64,000 nucleotides of DNA from Narcine bancroftii (taxonomy: Eukaryota): NCBI RefSeq assembly GCF_036971445.1, contig NC_091474.1, positions 18,972,001 through 19,036,000 of the forward strand, written 5' to 3'. The stretch's first letter is position 1, and each line of letters starts with the position of its first letter. Both the position numbers and the translations under genes were made by a program. Positions 1 to 64,000 of this stretch are shown in pieces. Under the pieces are notes generated by a model that saw only the letters and a list, made by a program, of their open reading frames with translations, was not told where the DNA came from and ran no database searches.

Positions 1-1245
1 CAGTGGTGCTCCACAGGGATCACACAGACATGCTGGAGAAACTCAGCAGGTCTTGCATCATCCAAAGGAAGTAAAGATATAGTATTGATGTTTCCAACTT
101 GAGCTCTTCTTCAAGGCTACCAAAACATCAGTACTATATATTTACCTCCTATGGATGCTGTGAGACCAGGTGAGTTTCTCCAACATTTCTTTGTTTTTAC
201 TTCAATTGCAATGTCTGCAGACTTAAGTGTTTCACTTTCATAGGGATCAATCTGAGTTCTGTGAAGTATAGAAATCATTTGGATGAAAATATGGCGAATA
301 GTTCAAGTTTATTATCATCCTATTGTACAGGTACATCCTGACAAAACAGCATTCTTCAATTCTCGGTGAAAACCATGCAAACACACACATCCAGACAAAA
401 GGCACAATACATATTCAAAAATAAATAAATATTGTTAAATAAATAGAGGGTTTGTATGTGCAGTTCATCAATCATTCAGCAGTCTCACTGCATGTGGGAA
501 GAAGCTGTTTCTCAGCCTAGAGGTTCTGGCTTTCATACTCATGTTTCTCTTTCCCAACAGGAGTAGCTGAAAGATGTTATGTGTGGGATGGTAAGGGTCC
601 TCAATGATTTTGCGAGCCCTCTTCAAACAATTATCCTGGTAGATCACATCAATTGGTGGGGGGGGGGGGGGTAGGGAGACCCTAGTGATCCTCTCTGCCG
701 CTCTTGTGCTCCTGTGGCTTGATTTACGATCCAATGCTCTACAACAACTGTACCATACTATGATGCAGCCATCCAGGACACTCTTGATAGAGCTCCTGTA
801 GAAAGCTGACAGGATGGTGGCTGGTAGCCTTGCCCACTCAGTCTTCTCAGGAAGTGCAGTTGCTGTTGCACCTTTCTGACAAGTGAGAAGGTCATATGTT
901 AAGTAGACACCAAGGAATTTGGTGCACTCTACTCTCTCCACTGCCAGGCTATTAATATATAGCGGAGGATAGTCATCCTTGATCCTCCTGAAGTCCACAA
1001 TTATCTCCTTTGTCTTTTCCATGTTGAGATTCAGGTTGTTGTTCTTGCATCATATCACAAGATTCTCCACTTTTCTGTAGTGTGACTTAGCATTATCGCT
1101 GATGAGGCCAACTACTTTCATGTCATTTGCAAATTTGATGACTCTGTTGGAGCTAGATCTGGTCTTGCAATTGTAGGTCAGTAGAGCAAACATCCTCTGG
1201 TGTGCCAGTGCTCAATGTGATGATGCTCAATATTCTGCTGCCAAC

Positions 1246-2042
1246 TGTTAGGTAAAAACATCATGAGCTGGGAATGTAGAAGGAGTCACCCAGGGCTGGG
1301 CCGTAACAAGATGCAGTTGTGACCTTGTATTCTCAAGATAAGAGTGGGGATGACAAATTGATGTGCAGGAAACTAGCAGAGAAGGATAGCAACAGTTTAT
1401 TCATTGGACAATGTCATGGTATGATAATTTACTAAGTACGTATCCTTCTTCTTTGGCTTGGCTTCGCGGATGAAGATTTATGGAGGGGGTAAAAGTCCAC
1501 GTCAGCTGCAGGCTCGTTTGTGGCTGACAAGTCCGATGCGGGACAGGCAGACACGGTTGCAGCGGCTGCAGGGGAAAATTGGTTGGTTGGGGTTGGGTGT
1601 TGGGTTTTTCCTCCTTTGCCTTTTGTCAGTGAGGTGGGCTCTACGGTCTTCTTCAAAGGAGGTTGCTGCCCGCCAAACTGTGAGGCGCCAAGATGCACGG
1701 TTTGAGGCGATATCAGCCCACTGGTGGTGGTCAATGTGGCAGGCACCAAGAGATTTCTTTAGGCACTCCTTGTACCTTTTCTTTGGTGCACCTCTGTCAC
1801 GGTGGCCAGTGGAGAGCTCGCCATATAACACAATCTTGGGAAGGCGATGGTCCTCCATTCTGGAGACGTGACCCATCCAGCTAAGGTATATAAAAAACAC
1901 CACTTGCTGATAACGGCAGAATGCGCCTTCTCCAACTAACACTGTTGCAAGTGTTACAATCCGGCAATAAAGAACAAAGAACCTTGATTTCGACTCAGTC
2001 TGGTGTTTGACTCACTCATTCATGAACAAAGCAGACCTAACA
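1246..2042 (+). mobile_element. Solo LTR (~360 bp without the nested RTE insert)
   Basis: Termini TGTTAGG...CCTAACA (7-bp inverted repeat); 4-bp TSD CAAC (1242-1245 / 2043-2046); TATATAAA ~1887 and AATAAA ~1966. Confidence 0.8.
1446..1881 (-). mobile_element. 5'-truncated RTE-clade LINE copy nested in the solo LTR
   Basis: WMGHVSRMEDHRLPKIVLYGEL...CLSRIGLVSHKRACS C-terminus; 3' end gccaagccaaagaaga. Confidence 0.9.
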
Positions 2043-2276
2043 CAACCCAGACAGATTGTGGTATTTCTGTTAGAATCCAGTTACAGACAGGGATGTTGAG
2101 TCTCAATAAGGACAGTTTCTCCACCAGCCTCTGGGAAATTATCATGTTAAATGCCGAACTGAAGTTGAGGAACAGCAGTCTGGCATATGAGGCATTGTTC
2201 TTCAGGGGTGTCAGGATGGAATGGAGGGATAAGGCTAATGCATCATCAGTGAATGGTTCTGTCTGTCGGTGAATTG

Positions 2277-2558
2277 TGTGGTGTGCTATCGAACAGAAGC
2301 AAACACACAAAACAAAGTCTGTGCAACAGGCTTTATTCGATATAAACTTCCACAGAGCTCGCTGTGAGGAATACTCTGAGACTGTCTTCTAAGGGCCAGC
2401 TCTGGCTTATATCCCAGAGGATGATTGACAGCTAACCGGGTGGGGCTTGGTCCATTCAGGTCAGCTGATTGGCAGCCGGCCAGGTGTTGTCTTGTCCCCG
2501 TGCTCTTCTGCAGGTACAGAGGTTACCCCCTGCAGTAGGCCGGTGGTATACCACCACA
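2277..2558 (-). mobile_element. Solo LTR, 282 bp
   Basis: Termini TGTGGTG...CACCACA; 5-bp TSD AATTG (2272-2276 / 2559-2563); minus-strand AATAAA (tttatt ~2333) and TATA-like (ttatat ~2407). Confidence 0.8.
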
Positions 2559-3184
2559 AATTGAAATTGGCCTAGTGTCTCTGGGTGGTGTGCTTTGATG
2601 CTTCCATCACAGACATTCAAAGCAGTTCATAATGGTGGAGGACAGTGCGATGGGGCAATCGTCATTAAGGCCTGTTATTGTCATCCTCTTTGCTACCAGA
2701 TGGTGGCTGTCTTGAAACTGCTGCAGTGATGTGTTGAAGACATCCATAAGGCCCTCTGTCAGTTGGTCTGCTCCATCCTTAAGTAACCGACAAGGTATGT
2801 TCTCTGGTCCTGCTGCCTTGCATGGGTTTACCTTGGATCGGGGCCTCCTCATCTCGGCCGCAGTTATGCAGGGAGCCTGTTCATCAGGAGGATACAGCAC
2901 TTTATACAGCATCAGCCTATTTTTCTCAGTGAATCATGCATAGAAGATGTTCAGTCTGTCCGGAAGGAAGGTGTCATTGTCTTTGACTTGGAAAGTTGTC
3001 TTGTGAACTGTTATAGCTTTAATCCCTTGCCATATGTGCATCATGTCGCCATTATCGCACAGCTATCTATGGATCTTCTATGCATACCTATACTTTGCCT
3101 TTGGATTGCACAGGAGAGCTCAGCCCTGGCTGATCTTACTGCCATCTTTCTCTTGTCCTGAGAAGTGCCTCGACCTCTGCAAAC

Positions 3185-3862
3185 ATTGGTGGAATTGTGG
3201 ATATTGAAGAAAGTGGCAACACAAACAGATAGGGTGGTAAAGAAGACATTCAGCATGTTGACCTTTATCAGTGGGGCACTGAGTGTAAAAGTTGGGAAAT
3301 GCTGTTGCAGCTGTATAAAACTGATCACCACATGGATCACCACATTGTAAGAAGGATGTGAAGGCTTTGGAGAAAGTGAAGGACAGGTTCACCTGAATAC
3401 TGTCTGTATTACTGAGTATTAGCTATGAGGACAAATTGGACAAATGTGGTTTGTTTTCTATGGAATGTCAGAGGCTTATTGAAGACATGATATTAGTTTA
3501 TATAAATATAATTGACATAAAAAAGGGAAGATAATCAGAGTCTTTCCTAAGGGTGGTAATGTTAAATACCAGATGGCATAGGTTTAATCTGAAACAGAAA
3601 AGGTTAAATGGGAAGAGGGCGCCAAAAATCTTTTTTACATAGGTACCTGGAACGTGTTCCTGGGAAAATTGGGGATGGGAATGGAAACAGACATGACGGT
3701 ATTGCTAAATAGACATTCAGACAGATACATCAACATCCAGGGAATGGAGGGAAATGGATAATGTGCAGGCAGATAGAATTAGTTGAATTTGGCATCATGC
3801 TTGATGCAAATTTTGTGAGCCAAATGGCCTGTTCCAGTGCTCTACTCTTCCACATTCTATTG
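3185..3862 (+). mobile_element. Degenerate CR1-clade LINE 3' fragment
   Basis: Decayed similarity to the CR1 ORF2 end and 3' UTR (KDVKALEKV..RFT; gccaaatggcctgttccagtgct...ttctat end), like 51820-52303. Confidence 0.6.
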
Positions 3863-5632
3863 ATTTGAACACAATTTGTGACTGTCAAAGCTCTGTGAAA
3901 AGTAATTTTGTGGTATCAAGGGTAAAGAACATAGATAAAGCATTTAAACATTTTCAGGTCTGTGCCAATAGTTTTGAACTGTCCCATAATTCTCTGGGTC
4001 TGCACAGCTCAGCCAAACTGAGAAAGTTTGCATTCTCATGTAAAAACTCTCATTAAAGCAATATTTTTATATATCATGTACTATTTAGTAGAAACAAACT
4101 TTAATATGGTGACTTCATATGTGTAAAATGTTCCAAAAATAATTATCCAAACCAATCAGTAAAAAATTGATAAATGTTGCTTTCAGAGGAACCTGTGGTC
4201 CTTGTACTGAAATGACTGAAAAGTCCAATTGTGAATGCAGAGAATGAATTTTCAATGACATGTTCCACTTTATTGTTTTGAAGTAGACTTAAAATATGAC
4301 AGGAAATCACAAAACTAGTTATATCTAAAACATGGGGACACGAGGTGGGGGGGCGGAAGGGGAGAGGTTGAGTGGGAGGGAGGGTTTTTGGGGTGGTGTA
4401 AAAACCATCATGTACATCATCAATTTGTGTTTTTTATATCTGTATTATTATAATGATTGTAGTTATTGCATGTATGGAATATTAAATAAAATATAAAATT
4501 AAATTTACAAAAAACACAGTACGAGATAGGAAAATTTAAAGGTGATTTTCGAGATCAGTAGCCAAAAATCCATAAAATGCACCCAAAAGTGTTCAGGAAG
4601 CAAAATCTTTATTGTCCAGTGTTATTAATCACTCAGGACTGAGAAGAGACAAAGCTTCTCCAGGCAAACTGCAGTACATCTCGACCCAAATGGCTGTGGA
4701 ATCTCAGTTGCTGAGTGAATTTACGTGGGAAATTGACCAATTTTGTAATAGTGGCGCTGAGATCAGCATAACGTTTTGGAATGATGAACCCCATGTGAAT
4801 GGCTAAATGGTCTACTCCTGATGTTAATTATATTCTTAAGTTCATCAAGACTGTCAGTACCTATTCAGAATCAATTGTACATATAAAAGAGATAGTTAAG
4901 GAATACTAGAAAATCAGTGATGAAACAATGATATTAATACTATGAAAGTATTATTTATTTTTGTTTTTAAAAAAACTCTTGGTCCTTGGATTGGTTATTA
5001 ATTTATAAGTACTATTTCAATGTTTCTATTTTAAGTATTCAGAACAACATCGACTTGTAACATGAAAGATACTTTCCAGAACAGATCACAGTACCTCAGA
5101 AAGAAAACAAAATTTTACAAAATGAGAGATTACATTTCTCGACACTAATTTATAAGCCACCAAATATTATACATGTATATCTTGAAGAAGGGCTGTAGCT
5201 TGAAACATGCATTTTTACAGTTGCTATATAAAGGGCACTGCTTGACCTACTGAGTTTCTCCAGCTTTGTGTTTTTACTTCATGTTTTACATGTTGCTTTA
5301 CGAAAGTAGAGTGTTCCTATTAAACCTTTCGTAAGCTGAAATGGCATAAAGTACTATCAAAAGCTATTTTCGTAAAAGCGAAAACCCATTCAAATTTCTT
5401 TCAGATGGTGAATACAGGATTCTTCATAAAAGCAAATTTGCATAAAGCGAGTATTGGTAAAGCAGAGTATTCCGTAGACCTGTGCACAGTATATGAGTTG
5501 GAGAAGTAAATTGGTGGTAATAAAATGAAGGATGAATTCATAAATGTATAAAAAATGATTTTCTTGATCAATGTATTGAGAAGCCTACAAAGAGAAACAC
5601 TATTTGAAATCTTATATTTCACAGTCTGTCTA

Positions 5633-6602
5633 GGTCAGCAAATGAACATTGAGAAGTAACACCAAGCACTGGTGCATCTCAGGACTGTGTGCAAAAATCT
5701 GTCCCTGTTCACACTACTGACCCACAACTGCAACACTATATCCATCACCAACTGAGTTATCAAGTTTGCAGATGAAACATCAGTAGCTGGACTCATCAGT
5801 AACTCATGATATGATGCTTCAATAACAACCTGAGACTCAACATGGACAAGACAAAGGAGGTGATCATAGACTTCAGAAGGGCCATGAATGATCACCCTCC
5901 ACTACACATTAATAACTCCGCAGTGGAGAGAGTAGAGAGCACCAAGCTCCTTGGAGTCCACTAACAAATGACATATGTTGGACACACAACATCTCATCAC
6001 TTAATAGGAAAGTACAACAGCTACTCTACTTGCTGAGAAGACTGAAGTGGGCAAGGATGCTACTGGCCACCATCCTGGCAACCTTCTACAGGACATCTAT
6101 TGAGAGCGTCTTGGCCAGCTACATCACAGTGGGTTATGACTGCTGTACAATTTTGAATTGGAGGTCAATACACAGGACCATAAGGGCAGCAGCAGAGAGA
6201 ATCACTGGGATCTCCCTCTCCTACATCGATGTGGTCTACTGGGATTGTTGTTCGAAGAGGGATCGCAAAATGGTTGAAGACACCTACCACCCTGATAACA
6301 GCACCTTTCAGATTCTCCAAACATTAAAGAGATACAGAAGTATCAGAGCCAGAACCACCAGGCTGAGAAACAATTTCTTTCCACGGGCAGTGAGACTGCT
6401 GAAGAACTGAATGAACTGCTCATAGAGTCTGAGACTCAACTATTTATTAAACAACATTTATTTATTTTATATATGTACTGCATGTGTATTGTTTGTCTGT
6501 ATATGTCTGGATGCTTGTTTACATCTTTTTGCACCAAGTACTGGAGAATGTTATTTCATTGGGTTGTACTTGTACGATTGGATGATAATAAACTTTAACT
6601 TG
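5633..6602 (+). mobile_element. Rex1/Babar-like LINE 3' fragment
   Basis: IKFADE (~5760), KTKEVIIDFR, ORF 6030-6410 FYRTSIESVL...RTTRLRNNFFPRAVRLL; tail aataaactttaacttg. Confidence 0.8.
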
Positions 6603-8579
6603 TAATTGGTAAATTCTTGTAAAGACATCTTTCTGGAAGAGTGACGATAAGATGAATAATTTGATATTAAAAATTGAGTTGGCTGTAGTTGATTGGGAAA
6701 TAGAGTGAAAGGTATGATACTGTCCAGCTTCTAAAATAGTGTCATAATTTGAAAAATTATATATTTCTTTAAGGGAAAAAGAGAAAAAATTGATCCAAAA
6801 CAGAGACAAGAAAAACTCAGTCTATCAAGAAATATCAGTGCAAGGAGAAACCAATCTATGCTTGCACTCAATGACTCTTCCTCATTTGTTTTTCAATAGA
6901 AAAGTGGACCAATTGTGACAGACAGGAGAAATTAAATTGAATATAGTCCTGATGATTAGGATCATTTTAGAACTCAACAATGGTGAAGTGAGAAATTAAT
7001 AAAGAAAGGCAAGATGGCATGTGATAATAAACTGACAAGAAATTTACCAATTGTACAGCAGACAAATGAGTCCTTTGGTCCAATTCATCCATGCTAATCA
7101 TGATGTTCAGTTATGCAAATTCAATTTTCTCCATATTAGGATGGTATCCTTCTACTTCTTTCCTACTCCCATCCAGTAGAATAATACAGATGGAATCCAC
7201 AGGGAATTGGAAATTTGGCTTGGTCATAGACAGGAGAGAGTAGCAGTGAAGAGGTATTCTATGATTTGAGGCCTGCAACCAACTTTGCTGGGATCTCGGT
7301 TGTTTGCAATATCTATAAATGATTTGAAGGGAAATTCAGTAAGCTCTTGGTATACTTATAGAATTTCTTTGGATTCCTCTTTAGTTTATCACCCAAAGTG
7401 ATCGCATATCCTCTTTTGTTCTCTTAATTTCCCTCTTAAGTGTACTCCTTTATCTCTTGATTCTAGCTGCCTGTACCTGAAATATTCCTAATTTCTTGCA
7501 CCATCCTGCTTGGTAATTGGAGTGCCCAGGAATGCAGAATGCCACAGAAAGTATCAAGCAGCCAAATCCATCATGGGCTCTGACCTCCCATCCATTGATG
7601 ACATCTCCAGGAGGTGCTGCCTCAAGAAGAGAGCCAACATCTTAAAGGACCCACATGACCCTCTTCTCACTGACACATTTGGGATTTAAGTTAATTTAAT
7701 TTAGAGTTACAGCCAACAAGTTCATGCTGCCCAAATACACCCATGTGATACACCAACTAATCACATAAGTCTTTGGATCGTGGGGAGAAACCAGAGCACC
7801 CAGAAAATGTACAAACTCCTTGCATACATGGTGATTCTGAACATTATTCACTGTTACTGTAATAGCATTAAACTAACCAAAGTCCCACACCTCCCTCAAC
7901 CATGCTTCTGTTATGGTGACGATATTCCAGTCCCATGTCCCAACACATCTCCAAAGTACACCTGCCTTACCCATCAGGTTTCTGCTGTTTAGTTGATCAC
8001 ATCTTCCTTTCTCCCTGTCTTGCCCATCATGTCGACTGAAATTGCTTTAAATTTCCCCATCTGCCACACTACTCTTTTGGACCCACCATCATTCCAGACA
8101 AGCTTGAACCCTTCCGAGCAAATCTTACCAGTCCTCTTCCAGTTTAAAAACAACCAGTCCCTCTTTTACAAGTGCCACCTGCCTGGCAAGAGAGCCCAAT
8201 GATCCATATACCTGACGTTCTCCCTCCTGTACCAGTCTCTTTTGGCCAGACTTTTAACGGTTCTACCTTCCCTTTCTTGCATTGGCATGGGAGTATCTGA
8301 GATTACAACCCTCAAAGTCCTGTCTTTCTAATTTACCATCTACCTCCCTCAATTCACCTCTCTTCCTGAGTAGTTTCTATAATAGAACTACTTAAAGGCA
8401 ACTTTTTTTTTACAGACTAGATAAATATTTGAATGAAGTAAAATATATATTTAAATTCAGTTCAATTTATTTAAAATGATTAGGTACAACCAGAAAATGA
8501 TTTAATTCTTTACCACATGTCTCCAGTGATACTCACTTCACCTATTTCCGACTTGACAGTTAATACTTTACCTGATGAT

Positions 8580-60124
<51,545 letters not shown>

Positions 60125-63100
60125 AGTTGGATTTTAAAACAAGAAATTTCTAAGAGAAAGAAAATTGTGTTAGTCTAATTTGCCCCATTGTCTCACCCTT
60201 AAACATGCTGCTTTCATTTCTTGTTGATTAGAGTTGAGCAAAGAAATTGATGACTAATCTCTTACGTAAGACTCTTGTGAAAGAATAAATAATATCCCAA
60301 ACAGAGCTGCTTTCTGAGTTGTCAAATGATAAGCTCAACTCTGCGCAGTTTATTTTTTGTGGTGTTGTCAGTTTTGGATGGACCTAAAAGATAGGAAATT
60401 GGCTGTGGTAAATGGAGTTGCGAGAATTTTGCCAATTAGATACCTTTACTAAAGGCTGCCATAGGCCATGTTACCAAAGGAACAGACATGAATCATTGAG
60501 TTTGCCTAACAGTGTTCACTGTCATGCAGAAGATGGCCTTGTTAGCTGGAGACTAGGACTGTCACAGTATTTTGCTTTTTGCTTTTCCCCAGTACCACTG
60601 CAGCAAATTAATCTTTTGTGCTATTTATAATTCTCAGTCCCTAACAAACTATTAGCACCCATTCAAGCATGACGTAACCAATTTATTTGTACTGTAGTTC
60701 CCTCAGAATTGAAATGAGAACTTTATCTCACCCAGCAGTTACTGTGTAACTGTCTCCTTTGTTACACTAAAGATGCTTTGACCCTAAGGATGCAATAGAG
60801 CATCACTGAATATTACCCATTTTGTATGTATGGACAATGTCTTTGATAGAACATTGCAATCATTTGGGTCTGTGGGGCCTGTTAGGGCACCATTTTTTTA
60901 AAAAAAATTAGTAAATACCACTAATACCCTAAATTTTTCACTTTTATGATGTAAAGGAAATTGACTGGATGTGTTTGACTTCCATGACTGTAGACTCTCC
61001 TCTGAGTTCTTTATACAAATGTCCTTGGTTTGTAAAGAAAGACCATTCAAAAACAACCATGTTGCAGCAACAATGCAAATCACCAAAATATTATTCTGGA
61101 GGTGAGGGGGGGGTGGGGGGGGCGGTGGTAGGTTGTGGTAAAAGTTAATTGAGAAGGGCAGTTCATTTGTGTGGATTACATAATCTTGATAATTTTAGTC
61201 ACTTTAAACTTGTCAGCATTAGTGATTTGCCGATAGATCCATGATGGGGAGTTTGTGGACTGTGCCTTAACTTGACAAATGTTGCTACTTCTGTAATCTT
61301 AAAACGACAAGGCAACAAACTATAACCACTATGTCAGCACTGTTAATTCTTTCATCTCAATCAAAAACTAACTTGAACCTTTTTCATATTTTAATAGTAT
61401 TTTTTTAAAGATAGTTTATTTTAATGAAAGAGAAGTGTGTTGCTGTTCGAAGATGTCAGAGCTGGAACCAGCTTGTATTTACTGGCAATTGTCACCAAAT
61501 TATTTTACACGACAGCTATTTTAAGGCAGATTTTATGTACATTCTTAATTGGGGAAACTGTCTTGTCCTATTATGTTTCCCTTCTCAGAGCCAATTAAAT
61601 GTTTTCAAATAGTTCATTTTCCTTGCTTGGACCTTTCAGAAAATCCTTGGTTGAGGCTACTTTGACGCATCTTAACTAAAAGATTCTTTGCAGATTTTTG
61701 GGGGTTAGTTGATCTTGTGGCTGACAACTTCCAAGCCTTGAGCATCTTCAAAAGTTGCATTATTTATGATAAAGCTAATCTCGTGGGAATTTGGTTGCTT
61801 TCTACTCTGCTCTAAGAGGATTAGTTAATTCTCAAATTAATTTAAAAGAATAAAAATTAAGGGTATCTCAGAACAACTGGTAAATGAAGGCTTATGTAAC
61901 TACCTGCTTTGTCATTTGAAAAATTCTTAGCATTCATGCATACTTAAAAAAAATTTGTGTGTTTGTGAAAATGAGCATGCATAAACTCAGTTGTCCAATT
62001 GTAACCAATCACCACATGAACACAGACTTGTGTCCATGCCTATATTGACACATTTGTATTGAATCAGGACAAAATAGTTTTATTGTAACACGAACTGCAT
62101 TCAGAACTTGTTGACCATGTGCGATACTATGTATATACATTAAAAACCTGCAAATATGTGTTCACACTCCATCTTTATTGAATCATTAACTTTGACATTT
62201 GTACAAAAAAAACTATATCCAAACACTTGTATAATGCAACTGAGTAGATTACCACTGAGTAGAATGAACCTGCCTGTTTTGTCTTTCTATTAAAATAGGA
62301 AGCTGCCATTGTTCTTGTAAAATTCTATGAACAATTCCATGAATTGTTTCCTAAAGCAAAGTTTGAGATAAATGCCACTCTTTCATAATGATAAACACAA
62401 TGTGTTGGTGCCCACATTGGAGCAGTTTCTTTCATTCTGCTGTGAATGTTGCATGTATAATCAACACACAGGAAAGTAAAATTACTTGGACTAAAGGTCT
62501 TGTGATCGGAGATGAGAACAAAATTTACATCTTGCTCGTAATAGCAGTGTTTTTAGCCTATTGTGTTCAGCACTGACAAAAGACTATGAAAGCGTACCCT
62601 TATTGATGGAATATTTGCATGCAGGCATTAGTTGTACTTTCTCTGTAGACTGGAAAAAAAAATGATTACTGCTGCACTTTGTTCATGTTTTAGAGAGACA
62701 GGACATCCTGTGTGATTGACAGGATGGGCAGTCCTGAATGGAATATTGATCTTATCCTTGAGGAAATACTAAAACTCCAATGGGATATTTCATAAAGCAG
62801 CTATTTTCCAGACTATTTTCTTACAAGTATATATAAATTTGTCACTGTTGGAAATAAGAGAGATGATGGAGTAAACAGCAGCTTGATCTTTATAATGTCA
62901 TGACATGAAACATAAAATGAGATTAGTCGTGAATGTTGGTAGTTTTTCTAAACTCAGTCATGTAAATGTTAATTTGTTTTTCTAATACATTTTGTGAATC
63001 AATGTTACTGTAATGCCTTGTTCCTGATGCATTTGTATTTTGTTCAGATGACCAGTGAAGTGAGGGCTATTTTTCCTCCACTGATAAAACTGAACATAGT

Positions 63101-63325
63101 TCAAGGTGACTTTTATTTAATTCTCAATGGTTTGCCATTTGTTATATTCATTTGTGGATTGGACAACACAGAATTTTTTTTTAGTTGCTGCTCCAAACAT
63201 ATCTTTAAATGCCAAGCTTTCTAAATGTTTGGCAGCAGGGTTTTGCAAGTTAAAAATGCATTTTGAATCTGTTATAAAATCCATTTTCTGTAATTTGGAA
63301 ATAAACTTGTTGCCTCAGCTGTAGC
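60125..63325 (+). other. Putative long 3' UTR with alternative polyadenylation signals
   Basis: About 3.2 kb with no recognisable interspersed repeats after the stop codon. AATAAA at 60284, 61849 and 63300 (the last followed by T/GT-rich sequence); ATTAAA at 62139. Confidence 0.5.
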
Positions 63326-64000
63326 ATTTTAGTGAACTTCATTTTGATATTTATGTTTAAAAGGTTTTTTTACTTGCAGACATGTGATTTGATTCGGAGA
63401 AGGACTTCTGCAATTTTTGAAGAGTTATCTAGCTTATTGAGATATATATATAGCACAAACTTGTACTGACCATAACAAGCATATCTATACATTAACATGT
63501 ATAGTTATGGACCACTGAGCTGCTCACCTAGTTGGCTTTCTGGGCTAGTCCCATTTGCTTGTATTTGGCCCATATTTTTAAAAGCCTTTCTTGTCAATGT
63601 ATCTGTCCTTTGCACCAGTCCATTGTGTAAAATTGCATGACCACTGTTGAAAGTTCTGACATTATCAAATATTCAAAAGAATTTTTGGTCTCAAATAGTT
63701 GTAGGTGGTTCAAAATTACATGGAAGCTTTCCCACTTATAGTTCAATGTTAAGATGCCATGCAACAGCTATGCATTTCTGATCGCAACCAATTTCTTGTG
63801 ATCAAATTAATTTCTTGCTGATTAAATTGAGCAGTGAAAGACCACCAAGAACTTGCATTTATATGTTCACACAGTAAAATAATCAGTGGTCTGGCAGCTC
63901 TTTATCAAACAAAATTAACACTGAGCCATGATTTTCTTTTTTGAATGTTGGATGAAACTGATCAAAGATGAGTTTCCTGGGCAGAAAAAAAAAAAAAAAT

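Larger units (their letters stand above)
300..3180 (-). mobile_element. Degenerate Rex1/Babar-like LINE (RT plus C-terminal region), interrupted by two solo LTRs and an RTE copy
   Basis: Minus-strand fragments KAAGPENIP..LK..ADQL (2607-2912), [15 protein letters not shown] (2020-2310), IKFAND (~1125), KTKEIIVDFRR...VERVECTKFLG...RLRNSFFPHAVRLLN (468-1022). Confidence 0.8.

Noticed and set aside
468-1022. ORFs 468-1022, 6030-6410 and 28189-28410 as cellular genes
   Set aside because: They are repeated, mutually similar C-terminal fragments of Rex1/Babar-like LINE ORF2 with frameshifts.
5290-5480. Tigger-like fragment with repeated ttcgtaa/cataaagc motifs
   Set aside because: Too degraded; no paired TIR found.

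Overview
Vertebrate genomic DNA. The repeat landscape suggests a cartilaginous fish, which is an inference. The window holds one complete 11-exon, + strand gene of the TRAM family (translocating chain-associated membrane protein, TLC domain). Its CDS is join(8953..9072,30279..30342,35259..35377,45019..45135,45223..45281,47917..48001,49936..50006,53784..53888,55607..55750,57229..57386,60051..60124), 1116 nt, 371 aa, all introns GT-AG. It has a CpG-rich promoter and a long repeat-poor 3' UTR. Introns and the 5' flank are filled with transposons: six young RTE-clade LINE copies, Rex1/Babar, CR1, L1 and Penelope-like remnants, solo LTRs, a Gypsy pol relic, and hAT and Tigger-like MITEs. A 44/48-bp minisatellite starts intron 1. 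The main finding is a ~4 kb hAT (Tip100/KIAA1586-like) transposon in intron 3 (39389-43379, TIRs plus decayed 8-bp TSD). Upstream of its transposase it carries what looks like a captured genomic copy of the head-to-head NOP16/HIGD2A bidirectional promoter with both first exons, now decayed by CpG deamination. All homology calls were made by eye from remembered family sequences; no searches were run.
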